Source: Candidatus Pacearchaeota archaeon (GTDB taxonomy: Archaea > Nanobdellota > Nanobdellia > Pacearchaeales > GW2011-AR1). From it: DNA of 64,000 bases. Made by a program: the position numbers and the translations under genes. The stretch is taken from the NCBI GenBank assembly GCA_964202455.1, contig CAXNIJ010000001.1:46080-110079 (forward strand). Direction: 5' to 3'. The notes below the pieces were generated by a model. It was not told the origin of the DNA. It did no database searches and saw nothing but the letters and a program-made list of their open reading frames with translations. Below, one piece after another: positions 18,161-27,870 of the stretch. Numbering within the stretch: position 1 is the first letter of the stretch; every line of letters starts with the position of its first letter.

Positions 18161-20726
18161 TCGCCTTCAGGTGCAATTCATGCATCCTCTTTAAAAATGA
18201 GGCCTTGTCTTCCATCTTTATCAAGTCGCTTCTTCCCTGCATAACTAAGCTCACTCCAAAAGGAGAAACTATCGGTGTCCTAATATGTTTAACTTTCAAT
18301 TTCCCACTTTCGATCCATTTCAAAACTTCTCGAGCACGTGCAACATCCATTAAATCTTCAAACACCTCGCGCCGAGCTTCACGCAAGATCGGAAATTCAT
18401 TACTTAGTTGCTTCACAGCACGAAATAAAAATTCAGAATGTACTTGTTGCCTTCCAACACTTTTCTCTCTTCCCTTATACTGTCGCAGAATCATTAAACT
18501 CCTCCCAGCACAATGTCTAAATCTTCTCTTAAGTATATCTGTCCTCTCAATCGCTTCCTTCAATATCATCTCTAGATTTTTACTAGTCACAAATTTCAAT
18601 ATTGCTTCTTCATCTAAACTCTCTCCTGCAATAAAAAATCCATTATCTGTAATTCCTATTTCTATATCTCTGTGCTTTAGGCGCGCAGCAGCATATGCGT
18701 ACGCACGAGACAGCGAGTCATTCACTCGCCTACCAAATAAACTATGAAAAACCAAATATTCTTTATTTTCTTTAAATTTTTCTACCACCATAGTTTTGTC
18801 ATCTGGTATCTCTGCAAAATCTTCTTGTTCTTTACAGTAAGAATATATCTCTTGCGCAATTCTCTCATTACAATAAATATGGCCTCTAATAAACTGAATA
18901 CAACTTTTCTTTTCTCCTAGTCTTTCTTTCACAAGTCTTCTAAATCTCTGTATTTCCAGAGCAACGTCAAAAGAGAGGGGCAGCATCTCACTAAACCATG
19001 AAGGAATAGTGGGATTTCTAGACACATTCGCCCTCACAAAAGCTTTCATCCCTCTTGAAAAAAGAAATTGATATTTCTTTCCACCTAGAACAAATATATC
19101 TCCCCTCTTCATTCGCTCTAGAAATCCCTCATCTATCTTTCCGATCGTTTCCCCTCTCCCCTCCCCTGCCCCAACCATAACAGAAATAAATCCTTCTGCA
19201 GGAATCGTCCCAATATTCGTCATATAAAGTACTCTCGCCAGTTTTCCTTTCTTTCCTACTTGCCTAGTAACTGAATCATACCAAATCTTAGCATACACAT
19301 GTCTATGTTCAAGAGCATAATCTCCAGCTAAATAACTTACTACATCAAAAAAATCTTCTTCTGACAGTCTAGAATAACAATAACTTCTCCTAATCACTCG
19401 TAACATCTCATCTACATTCCAAATTTTACTTATTGCCATCCCAAATATCTGCTGGGCAAGAACATCAAGACAATTCATGGGAATACTTGCCCGGTCAATA
19501 TGTTTCTCAATCATCTCTTTCATTAGTATTCCACATTCAACAAGATCGTCCCTATCAAGAACCAAAAATCTTCCCTTAGGTTGACTATGTAGCTGGTGTC
19601 CTGCTCTTCCAATTCTTTGTAGTGCACGACTAACACTCTTAGGACTCTTCAATAGCACAACTAAATCAATACTTCCAATATCAATTCCAAGCTCAAGAGA
19701 TGTAGAACTGACAACAACTTTCAGCATTGATTTTCTAAGCTTATCTTCAATAATAAATCTCTCTTCTTTACTCATACTACTATGATGTGCCCCAATTTCT
19801 CCAACATATTTTCCAGGAAAATGCATATCAAGATAATGAATAATTCTCTCAGTCGCAGCACGAGTATTAGTAAATATCAAAGTAGTTTTATGCTCTTGAA
19901 TTAATTCATCAAGAAGATGATATAGTTTCTTTTGCCCCTCCACGTTTTCTGCTTCAAGAATTGTTTCTCCAGGATAATCCATTCCAATATCAATTCCTTT
20001 CAATAATTTTACTTCTGCAATATGGCATTCTCTTCCTACCCCAACAAGAAACTTTGCAATCTCTTCAAGCGGAGAGATTGTAGCACTTAATCCGATTCTT
20101 ACGGGATCAAATACACTCATACTACACAAATTCTCTAGAGCCAAGCTCAAAAACACCCCTCGTTTATTAGTCATTGCATGTATCTCATCAACAATAATAA
20201 ATTCTAGTCCTTTCACTTTTTCAACGAACTTTGGTGTAACTAAAACTATTCCCAGCGATTCAGGAGTAGTCACATAAATATGCGGCGCCTTCTTTGCATG
20301 TTTCGCGCGTTCAGCAGGAGTTGTATCTCCGGTTCTTAGACCCACACGAATCTCTTGCAATTTTATTCCCTTTCCTTCAGCAATTTTCCTTATTTCTTCA
20401 AGTGGAGCAATCAAATTTACAAAAATATCATTAGAAAGTGCCTTAAGGGGGCTTATGTAAACAGCATAAATTTTCTCCTCAAGTTCATTCTTTTCAGCAA
20501 GAGTGACAAGATAATTAAGAATTCCCAAAAATGCAGTAAGAGTCTTCGTTCCACCCGTAGGCGCACTTACTAAAATGTTTTTTCTATCCCAAATAGTCTT
20601 TACTCCATAAAGCTGCGTCAAACTAAAATCTTTAAATCTTCCAAAAAACCATTCGCTAACGAGTGGATGCAAGATACCTCGCACAGCACTAGAATCATGC
20701 GGTTCCATAAATGTTATTTCGCTCAT
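18138..20726 (-). CDS. lhr: Lhr-type SF2 DNA helicase (Lhr-core)
   Basis: 862 aa; motif I APTGGTKT, DExH box IIVDEIHAM, Lhr-like N-terminus (PLVSEWF...LTQLY), and a C-terminal WH/domain-4 extension. Confidence 0.9.
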   Translation of the reverse strand: MSEITFMEPHDSSAVRGILHPLVSEWFFGRFKDFSLTQLYGVKTIWDRKNILVSAPTGGTKTLTAFLGILNYLVTLAEKNELEEKIYAVYISPLKALSNDIFVNLIAPLEEIRKIAEGKGIKLQEIRVGLRTGDTTPAERAKHAKKAPHIYVTTPESLGIVLVTPKFVEKVKGLEFIIVDEIHAMTNKRGVFLSLALENLCSMSVFDPVRIGLSATISPLEEIAKFLVGVGRECHIAEVKLLKGIDIGMDYPGETILEAENVEGQKKLYHLLDELIQEHKTTLIFTNTRAATERIIHYLDMHFPGKYVGEIGAHHSSMSKEERFIIEDKLRKSMLKVVVSSTSLELGIDIGSIDLVVLLKSPKSVSRALQRIGRAGHQLHSQPKGRFLVLDRDDLVECGILMKEMIEKHIDRASIPMNCLDVLAQQIFGMAISKIWNVDEMLRVIRRSYCYSRLSEEDFFDVVSYLAGDYALEHRHVYAKIWYDSVTRQVGKKGKLARVLYMTNIGTIPAEGFISVMVGAGEGRGETIGKIDEGFLERMKRGDIFVLGGKKYQFLFSRGMKAFVRANVSRNPTIPSWFSEMLPLSFDVALEIQRFRRLVKERLGEKKSCIQFIRGHIYCNERIAQEIYSYCKEQEDFAEIPDDKTMVVEKFKENKEYLVFHSLFGRRVNDSLSRAYAYAAARLKHRDIEIGITDNGFFIAGESLDEEAILKFVTSKNLEMILKEAIERTDILKRRFRHCAGRSLMILRQYKGREKSVGRQQVHSEFLFRAVKQLSNEFPILREARREVFEDLMDVARAREVLKWIESGKLKVKHIRTPIVSPFGVSLVMQGRSDLIKMEDKASFLKRMHELHLKAIEGKKNG

Positions 20727-20775
20727 TTCCCCTCGCCTCCAAAGAACTATTTAACACTTCGCCTTCACGACAAAG

Positions 20776-21153
20776 TTACTTCTTCTCTTTAATCTTCCCC
20801 ACAATCCATCCAACCATTCCCCCCACAAGAACTCCTAACGGGATAAGCACCCATCCAAAGACTGAAACTAACGAGGTCACCAAACCACAGAGACTTCCTT
20901 CACGTGCGAGTATAAAACATTGAGCATCTTTCCAAGAGGCAAAGGCAATGAACAAGAGATAAATCACCCCTCCGCTAATTGCTCCCGCTTGCCGAGAGCG
21001 ATTACAAACAACCAAAAGAATCGCGGCTCCTGCAACAGCAAAGAAGAGATTAATTAGAAAAGAAATTTCCACAAAGACAGCTAAAAACCAAATTACAAGA
21101 AAGAGTAACGCGATAGAGCTCTGCATCCAGACCGGTCTTTCTTTCCATCCCAT
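20776..21153 (-). CDS. Small membrane protein, hypothetical
   Basis: 125 aa with 4 TM helices. Confidence 0.4.
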   Translation of the reverse strand: MGWKERPVWMQSSIALLFLVIWFLAVFVEISFLINLFFAVAGAAILLVVCNRSRQAGAISGGVIYLLFIAFASWKDAQCFILAREGSLCGLVTSLVSVFGWVLIPLGVLVGGMVGWIVGKIKEKK

Positions 21154-21203
21154 TCTCCATCAACACCCCCTACCTTTAAATATTCTTTGCTCTCTAATTC
21201 TCT

Positions 21204-21536
21204 ATGCCTCAAATTTCCCAACAAAAAAAAGACAGGATTACCGAGCAGATTCTCCACCACCTCTTCACAGTATCTCCCTCATCTATTTTCACAGTCCAGA
21301 TAAGTAAGGAGATTGCCAGAGACGAAGAATTCACTCTCGCCCTTCTCAAAGACCTTCAGAAAAAGAAATTAATCATAGAGATTGCAAAGAACAAAGACGG
21401 CACAGACTATAAAAAGCGTAGACGCTGGCGCCTTTCAAACGAAGTTTATGATATCTACAAAAAGCAACAAGTCAATCTCAAATCCTTTCCCTCAACAGAT
21501 TCAACTATCAAAGACAATTATCAAGACAAAGAGTAA
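21204..21536 (+). CDS. Putative wHTH DNA-binding protein
   Basis: 110 aa; a helix-turn-helix-like segment ISKEIARDEEFTLALLKDLQKKKLI followed by a basic wing. Confidence 0.3.
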   Translation: MPQISQQKKDRITEQILHHLFTVSPSSIFTVQISKEIARDEEFTLALLKDLQKKKLIIEIAKNKDGTDYKKRRRWRLSNEVYDIYKKQQVNLKSFPSTDSTIKDNYQDKE

Positions 21537-21590
21537 AACCTCTCTTTCATATACCTAAATCCTTATATTCTCTTTAGTCATTTAGTTTTA

Positions 21591-22361
21591 ATGGATCCCA
21601 TTAAAGAAGCTTTCACGAGGGCAAAACAAGACATTCAAGAACTAAAAGATCAGTTAACCCTATTATCTCAAGAGACTCAGTTTCTTAGGCAAACTCTCGA
21701 TGATATCCTCTTTCATCGGCAGCTCCAGCAAGCTTTTCCATCAGACAGACAGACAGACCAACACTCCAGCACACTTCAAACTCCAAAGTCTACCTCGATT
21801 CCAGCACAAACCTCTCAAAACCCATCAATCAAGCAGGAAACTCCAGCACTCCAGCACATAGATTCCAGCACTCCAGCACAAAATAACCCTTTAAAACCTC
21901 TAAAAGACCAGTTTTCAGTATTCTCCACTGGAAATGAGGGGGTTCCAGCAGACAGACAGACAGACAGACAGACAGACCAGCAGACACAAAATAGCGAGAA
22001 AATCGACTTAGAAACCCTTCATGAGCATACCTTTCAGCACATAACTGACGCTATAGATACCCTAGATCAAGCAAAAAAAGAAGTTCGTTTAAAATTTAAA
22101 CGCTTTACTAAACAAGAAATGGAAGTTTTTGGAGCAATATATTCCTACGAAGAGCGGGGACTTATCGTCGATTACGCTCTTCTTGCGCAAAAACTTGGCC
22201 TGACCGAGAGTTCTATCCGCGATTATGTTCAAAAACTCATCAAAAAAGGCGCACCGATTGTAAAAACTAAGGAAAACAATAAGAGGATCCTTCTTAAAAT
22301 CGATCCTAACCTCAAAAAAATCGCATCTTTACAAACAATTCATCAATTAAGAGAACTCTAA
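21591..22361 (+). CDS. Coiled-coil / low-complexity protein with C-terminal wHTH; contains two (CAGA)n microsatellites
   Basis: 256 aa; DRQTDRQTDQQT encoded by (CAGA)7 at 21949-21976 and (CAGA)4 at about 21742-21758; the C-terminal 90 aa are HTH-like and paralogous to the C-terminus of 22735..23376. Confidence 0.45.
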   Translation: MDPIKEAFTRAKQDIQELKDQLTLLSQETQFLRQTLDDILFHRQLQQAFPSDRQTDQHSSTLQTPKSTSIPAQTSQNPSIKQETPALQHIDSSTPAQNNPLKPLKDQFSVFSTGNEGVPADRQTDRQTDQQTQNSEKIDLETLHEHTFQHITDAIDTLDQAKKEVRLKFKRFTKQEMEVFGAIYSYEERGLIVDYALLAQKLGLTESSIRDYVQKLIKKGAPIVKTKENNKRILLKIDPNLKKIASLQTIHQLREL

Positions 22362-22504
22362 TTCGTTTAACCGAACAACTTCTATAAAAGCTCTAGCTGA
22401 CACTCACTTTCAAAATTTTTTTCTTTTACCATCGCTGTTTTTTTCATAACTCTTACTCTCAAGTCATTCATTTTTGGTCAAAATCCCCCTTTTTGCACTT
22501 TTTC

Positions 22505-22805
22505 TCCTCTCACTTTTTGACCGCATCAGGAAGATCGTTCATTTGCTCCCATCTTCCCTCACTTTTGGATACTTTCCTTCACTTCTGGAAGGTTTTTTAT
22601 ACGTCGAGAATCAAATATTCTCGATCGTACTCAAAATCTCCTCACTTTTGGAAGGTTTTTGATACCGAAAAAGGCATAAACCGGTAAAAAATGAGAACCA
22701 CAACTCTCACTTTTCACTATTTTTGCTCATTTTATCATGAAACTTCGTTTAATCTATCATTAACACGAACTCGCTTACTTTTCCCAACCCTCACTTTTGC
22801 GTATT
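22505..22805. repeat. Iteron-like array of at least 6 copies of CTCACTTTTGG, including a 24-bp imperfect direct repeat
   Basis: Copies near 22510, 22557, 22578, 22640, 22709, 22790; cacttctggaaggttttttatac / cacttttggaaggtttttgatac are 63 bp apart; lies between convergent wHTH genes. Confidence 0.6.
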
Positions 22806-23376
22806 TTGCGAGTTTTTCCCTTATTTCTTCAGGTACAAAGACCCTCTTTTTCCCTGTTTTCTCACTTATTTCCTCTAGTAGTCCTTCACTCTTCTGTTTT
22901 ATAGCATTTATCTGTCCTCTTATAGTAGATTTCTCTTTACCCAAAAGCAAGGCTAAATCTTCATAACTTAACTTCAAATCGCTATTCATCAGAGTCATTA
23001 TCAACAGTCTTTCATTTGCGGTTAAACCTTTCAAAATATCATAAATATTGCCTGTTTGAACAGGCATCTGAACAGCTTTTTCAACACCATAATCAGCTGT
23101 CTGTTTGCCTAAAACAGGCAATTTTTCAAACAACTGTTGATGTTTTTCATCATTTTTCAAAGATTCAACTTCTTCATGCAAAGCACCAAGATCAGTTTTA
23201 ATCGTCGCTATTTCAGATTTTAATGAAGAAAGTAAAGAAAACACCTGTTTGTCTTGTCCATCAAGGTGTTTGATCCACTTTCCAACCACATCAATATCAT
23301 TTTTAACTGCAGAGAAGCCTTGGCGAATTTCATCACTAGAATTATTTTCCTTCTTTTTGAATAACCAGTTGAACAT
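22735..23376 (-). CDS. Coiled-coil + C-terminal wHTH putative regulator
   Basis: 213 aa; C-terminus LTANERLLIMTLMNSDLKLSYEDLALLLGKEKSTIRGQINAIKQK has the same architecture as 21591..22361. Confidence 0.45.
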   Translation of the reverse strand: MFNWLFKKKENNSSDEIRQGFSAVKNDIDVVGKWIKHLDGQDKQVFSLLSSLKSEIATIKTDLGALHEEVESLKNDEKHQQLFEKLPVLGKQTADYGVEKAVQMPVQTGNIYDILKGLTANERLLIMTLMNSDLKLSYEDLALLLGKEKSTIRGQINAIKQKSEGLLEEISEKTGKKRVFVPEEIREKLAKYAKVRVGKSKRVRVNDRLNEVS

Positions 23377-24358
23377 ATCTATATTACTCGTTCGAGTATT
23401 TATAAACCTTTCGGTATCTCCTCACTTTATCGTCGATAAATAGACGTCAAAAATCAACAAAAAGTCTGACTAAAAATAGAGAAAAACACTCTAAAACACC
23501 AAACAACATCATTCAAACACCTTAGATGCTTAGTCAAACACTCAACATCTTACTTTAAACACCCGTTCAAACATCCCCAAACACCTTCAACCTAGATCAA
23601 ATTTTACCAATCATCGTCGACAAATTTTGGCAAAACCCCTAAACTAATCTATGGGGCAAAAAGTCTACACTTTACTATTGTTCAAATATCTGCCTTTTTT
23701 CTCTCAAAGAATAAAGAGTTTCATAGCCCGCTTTTTAATAAACTCCTTGCTTCCAAAGCAGAATTTCAAAAAAATTCATCCAGATATAAGTTTTTAAGTT
23801 TTCACAAGACCTCAACTCTATGAATCTTCCTTAACGTTGACCTTTAGACTCAGAATATCAGATATATCTTCAAATTTTTAGGGGAACAAGTACCAAAGAT
23901 CTACAAAAAGCACTAGATTATCACCAAAGCAGCCGTTCTTTCATAACAACACTTCCCCTTAGCGTTGACCTAGTCTCCAAAACACTACATGTTCGTGTTT
24001 AGAAGAGGTTCTTTCACAAAGAAACGCTCTTTCAAACATTCCGACCATCTCAAAACACTCATCCAAACATCAATTTTAATCTAGATAAACCCAAAGAGTT
24101 AAATACTTCCACAGGTTTAATCAATTATGCCTAAAAAAGAAGCAGACCTCACAGCGATTTTATCCATTATAGCAGGTTTTATCATCCTAATCTGGCCCAA
24201 CATACTAGGCATAGCAGTAGGTCTTTTCCTTCTAATCACTGGAATACTAGATTTAGCAAGAAAAACCAAGTGATTTCTCCAGTTTAATTCTTTTCCTTTC
24301 GCTAGTAATTTTCAGCATAAAAGAAACCGCAAGATTTATATACTTCTTACGTATATCC

Positions 24359-24700
24359 ATGTGTATGAAAATAAGTAAGGAAGATATTATCAGGATAGGA
24401 AAAGGTTTTGGAGGAGAACTGCGAAACGATGCAAGTATAGAGTTTGCTTTGGAAAAGCAGGAAAATGTCAAACTCGGAGAGTATAAGAAGCTAGCTTATT
24501 TGATTAGAGCAATAGTAATTGATCATCCATTCACAGATGGAAACAAAAAAACGGCTGCATACATCGTTTTTGTTTTCGCCGAACAATTCAATAAACAAGT
24601 AGATCTTGAGCTTATTAAAGAGCAAATGATTTCAATTGCAAGTAAAAACATCAATAGTATTCGAGCAATCGAGGAGAGACTAAAAAATGTCCTTAACTGA
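24359..24700 (+). CDS. doc: Doc/Fic-family toxin
   Basis: HPFTDGNKKTA matches the Doc motif HxFx(D/N)GNKR; 113 aa. Confidence 0.8.
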   Translation: MCMKISKEDIIRIGKGFGGELRNDASIEFALEKQENVKLGEYKKLAYLIRAIVIDHPFTDGNKKTAAYIVFVFAEQFNKQVDLELIKEQMISIASKNINSIRAIEERLKNVLN

Positions 24701-24905
24701 ACAAGAAATACAGAGAATATTCAAAAAATACAAAGAAGTATTTGAAGAAATGGAGCACTATGACCAAACCCGCGAAAAGCTTTGGGAAAAGAAACGTATC
24801 GACATCACACTTACTCATCGTCTCATTAAGAAGTTAAAGGCCCTAAGCAAACAAACAGGCAAACCCATTTCTCATATTATAGAGGAAGCAGTTACTAAGT
24901 TATAG
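24687..24905 (+). CDS. Ribbon-helix-helix (CopG-like) putative antitoxin partner of Doc, encoded downstream of the toxin
   Basis: 72 aa; RIDITLTHRLIKKLKALSKQTGKPISHIIEEAV is RHH-like; 14-nt overlap with doc. Confidence 0.45.
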   Translation: MSLTEQEIQRIFKKYKEVFEEMEHYDQTREKLWEKKRIDITLTHRLIKKLKALSKQTGKPISHIIEEAVTKL

Positions 24906-25067
24906 TCCCAGCCAACACTTCCAAACACCTGTTTGCCCCGTTTATCGTCTATACATTTTCTAATCCCAACACCTACCAATACCTCTGTTTTCTCCTCCTT
25001 TCCCACCCATTCCCCCTCCATTTTAAACACCTATTTGCCCGTTTGTCCTAAACCATAACTTCAAACC

Positions 25068-25096
25068 AAGTGAGGCGCGAAGCGCCGAACGCGCCC
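25068..25096. repeat. GC-rich twin-hairpin element gtgaggcgcgaagcgccgaacgcgcccga (family B core), copy 1
   Basis: Identical 29-mer at 26899-26927; both are preceded by aacttcaaa and followed by a TATA-like box and a gene start. Confidence 0.7.
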
Positions 25097-25137
25097 GACC
25101 ACCTAAATATATAAAAATCGTTCTAAGAATAAGAGTT

Positions 25138-25467
25138 ATGGACGAAAAATCTCCCATCGAATTAATTCTCTTAGAATACCGGTGCAGAGATTTCGACGAT
25201 CGTACAATTATCTTAAGAATTAAGAATGCTCCCTTTGGGGCGAGCAGAATTCAGCAAGTTGCATGGGGCGTGAGTCCAAGTTTTCCTGCAGGAAATCCTC
25301 CTGTTTTCCCAATATACTATGAAGTGACAGGGTTCAGTCAAGAAGGAAATAGTCGTGTGATGAGATTGCCCCATAGCGGAGAACTAGTAGATTACAAGCC
25401 CTCATTTGAAGAAGCATTCAAGAGAGCATATGCGTTAGCAAAGGAACGGGCTTTGGAATATACCTGA
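25138..25467 (+). CDS. Hypothetical cassette protein
   Basis: 109-aa ORF preceded by the family-B repeat and a TATA-like box. Confidence 0.4.
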   Translation: MDEKSPIELILLEYRCRDFDDRTIILRIKNAPFGASRIQQVAWGVSPSFPAGNPPVFPIYYEVTGFSQEGNSRVMRLPHSGELVDYKPSFEEAFKRAYALAKERALEYT

Positions 25468-25717
25468 CCATTTTCACATGCTCCAGAATATGATCCTTCA
25501 AGAGCACACATATTTGATAGAACCTCTTTCGGAAATCTTTCCCCCTCAGATTCAGACGATCCTTGTCATAAGCTCTGGTATACACCTATTTGGTATCCTG
25601 AAATATAATTTAGATGTTCGCACAAGCTACATTAACCGAAGTATTGGCACATTTTAAGGGATTTCAGAGTGTTTTTTGAGGCGAAAGAGTTAAATAGACT
25701 CAGAAAATGAATAAATC

Positions 25718-26080
25718 ATGACTTGGACTACCCTCACTATCTCAAATAATAAAGAGTATGCCTTATTAGCAGAACAATATTTTAAGGAAGATCGTCGTAG
25801 GGAACCTGGAGAATATACGTCTTCAGGTTGGTTAAGAAGGCAAGCGAGATTAGGGATCTATAGTCTATTAATGAATTGCTTATCCGATCCGACTCATTTT
25901 ATGAAAGTAACTCAATTTATCAATTCAAATTCGATTGGAGAAGTAGTTAGATTGGTCGAAACGTTTAGAAATGGTCATCAAGAGAATTTAGCGACATATT
26001 TCGGTTGGAGTGATTTAAGTACAATTCAAAGAAAGATAGACTTAAGGAATGAGTTACTTGCTAAACTGTTTCAAGCGTAA
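25718..26080 (+). CDS. Hypothetical cassette protein
   Basis: 120-aa ORF followed directly by the intercassette repeat. Confidence 0.4.
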   Translation: MTWTTLTISNNKEYALLAEQYFKEDRRREPGEYTSSGWLRRQARLGIYSLLMNCLSDPTHFMKVTQFINSNSIGEVVRLVETFRNGHQENLATYFGWSDLSTIQRKIDLRNELLAKLFQA

Positions 26081-26158
26081 TCTTCCTCCCTTTTCTTAAA
26101 ACTTTCAGCATAAAGGAAAAACCGAAATATTTATATATCAGTTATACATCGAGTATAC

Positions 26159-26392
26159 ATGGCAGAAGAATCAACTATCCTCTTAGACAAGAAAGTAATT
26201 GAGCAACTTAAAGAAGCGAAAGAATATCCTCGCCAGACATACAATGAACTTCTTAATAAAATGACTCATCTTTTCATAACTCTCAAAAAACAAAAAGAGA
26301 GACAATACGACCGTTTTCTCTTTGAAATACAAAAGAAAAAGATGAGAGAACTCTGGGATAATGAATATGATGAAGTTTGGGAGAAAGTATAA
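26159..26392 (+). CDS. Putative antitoxin (same family as 259..465 and 28400..28618)
   Basis: TILLDKKVIEQLKEAKEYPRQTYNELLNKM; overlaps the MazF ORF by 32 nt. Confidence 0.6.
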   Translation: MAEESTILLDKKVIEQLKEAKEYPRQTYNELLNKMTHLFITLKKQKERQYDRFLFEIQKKKMRELWDNEYDEVWEKV

Positions 26393-26687
26393 GTTTGGCG
26401 ACGTTATTTTAGCGTCGGTCCAGTATACAGATACATCGGAGATTAAAACTCGTCCTGCACTGGTGCTCTTTGAAGAGCATGAAAATATTGTAATTGCAGG
26501 GATAACGAGTAATCCTCATATGCAAGGTATTTCTCTTACTAAACAAGAAGGAATGGTCGCAGAGAGTATTGTTAAACTGAATTATATTATGACTCTCACA
26601 GAATTAATGGTCAAGAAGTATCTCTTCACGATTTCAGAAGAGAAAAAACAACAAATTAAGGATGAATTTTGCAAGAAGCTACAATAA
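26361..26687 (+). CDS. mazF: MazF/PemK-family toxin (endoribonuclease)
   Basis: GDVILASV...TRPALVL...IVIAGITSN matches the PemK/MazF fold signature; 108 aa. Confidence 0.85.
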   Translation: MNMMKFGRKYKFGDVILASVQYTDTSEIKTRPALVLFEEHENIVIAGITSNPHMQGISLTKQEGMVAESIVKLNYIMTLTELMVKKYLFTISEEKKQQIKDEFCKKLQ

Positions 26688-26964
26688 AATTTGAATCCAA
26701 ACCCTTACGAAAAGATCATGAACGGGGATTCATTGTTCCAGACAAGCTTACATCTAGCTTGGATCTTAAAGGAGGTGAAAAATTGCTTTCGCCCTCTTGA
26801 AATATTAGGGATTTTTAGAGGTTGTTTTAAACAGCTGTTTGTTCGTTTAATCATTCAAAAACCTGTCCCCTTTCCTAGAACAATAACTTCAAATCTCTGT
26901 GAGGCGCGAAGCGCCGAACGCGCCCGATCGAAAGAATTAAATATATCGGAGCATACAAATAGAT

Positions 26965-27183
26965 ATGACTTATCAGGTAGTTGTGGGAATTCTATTATCT
27001 GTTCTTGGTCTTCTTGTTTGTATTTTCCCAAAGTCATTTTCGGGGTTCCTTAGTACTAGTAAAAATATTTTGGGAAGAAATTTTAAAGAAAAGTTGGGTG
27101 AAAGCAAAGGAAAAATAATTACGATTGTCTGGAGTATAATTATCTCAATATTGAGTCCAATTGCCATCTTTACATCGAAATAG
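26965..27183 (+). CDS. Small membrane protein, hypothetical
   Basis: 72 aa with 2 TM helices; preceded by family-B repeat copy 2 plus an AAATATAT box. Confidence 0.3.
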   Translation: MTYQVVVGILLSVLGLLVCIFPKSFSGFLSTSKNILGRNFKEKLGESKGKIITIVWSIIISILSPIAIFTSK

Positions 27184-27370
27184 AATCAATTTAGAAGATA
27201 ATTTGTAAAAGGGCGCATAATCTACCTTAGACGAACCTTTAGAGCTCTTTTTCGCCCCAAAAGTTCGCTTTTTTATTTGTTGACATTAACTTTGTTGTAT
27301 TGCCCTATAAACAACGATCTTTTTGAGTTTTGAGGGAAAGATTTAATAATATTCATCAAGCCAGAGAGAT

Positions 27371-27736
27371 ATGGACAGTGCACCATTTATACATCCTCAA
27401 CCAGACTTAGGAAAATATCTTGCAAGTTTTGTAGGCGGTACCAGCAGATATCGAGAAGCACGTTCTTCCGATAACAACGTTGTTGTGGGAGAATTTATGA
27501 TTGAACATTTGAAAAGAAAATTGCCTCTAGAACAGCTTGAGGCAATAGTACGAGAATATTTGCTAAGAAGGGGATTCCTAGATGTCACAGAAGGATCAGA
27601 AGAGACGACATCAGATATCAATTCAAGCTCTCGAAAGTATTTTCATCCCACCTATTCTCAGACTCATAATTGGAAGGTATTAGTCAACGTTCCTGGTTCT
27701 CGTAAAGACATTTCGGTAAGTTGGTCCATTTACTAG
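27371..27736 (+). CDS. Hypothetical cassette protein
   Basis: 121-aa ORF; intercassette repeat immediately downstream (27770-27808). Confidence 0.4.
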   Translation: MDSAPFIHPQPDLGKYLASFVGGTSRYREARSSDNNVVVGEFMIEHLKRKLPLEQLEAIVREYLLRRGFLDVTEGSEETTSDINSSSRKYFHPTYSQTHNWKVLVNVPGSRKDISVSWSIY

Positions 27737-27769
27737 AAAAGCAATATTAGTGCCTGAATATTATTAACT

Positions 27770-27808
27770 TCTCTTAAAACTTTCAGCATGCTCAAAGAGT
27801 TCGTTTAA
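27770..27808. repeat. Intercassette repeat family A (TCTCTTAAAWC-tttcagca-N-caaagagttcGTTTAA); this is the reference copy
   Basis: Related copies at 24296-24328, 26093-26124, 28277-28316, 28339-28368, 28886-28924, 29432-29465 and partially at 113-124. Confidence 0.65.
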
Positions 27809-27870
27809 TTATATAAAAAACTATTCTTCCCAACACAAATATTTATATATCTCTAGAATACCTCAATATA

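Noticed and set aside
18130-18747. 205-aa plus-strand ORF
   Set aside because: Entirely antisense to the well-supported Lhr helicase and MPE genes; Cys/Ser-rich low-complexity translation.
22474-22966. Three small ORFs (62, 64, 91 aa) in the CTCACTTTTGG repeat region
   Set aside because: They are composed of the iteron repeats (peptides are low complexity: SLLEGF / HFWKVF reiterated) and overlap the 3' end of the convergent gene 22735-23376.
26691-27053. 120-aa ORF MNPNPYEKIM...
   Set aside because: It spans the duplicated GC-rich hairpin/family-B repeat and its promoter module; most likely a non-coding read-through ORF rather than a gene.
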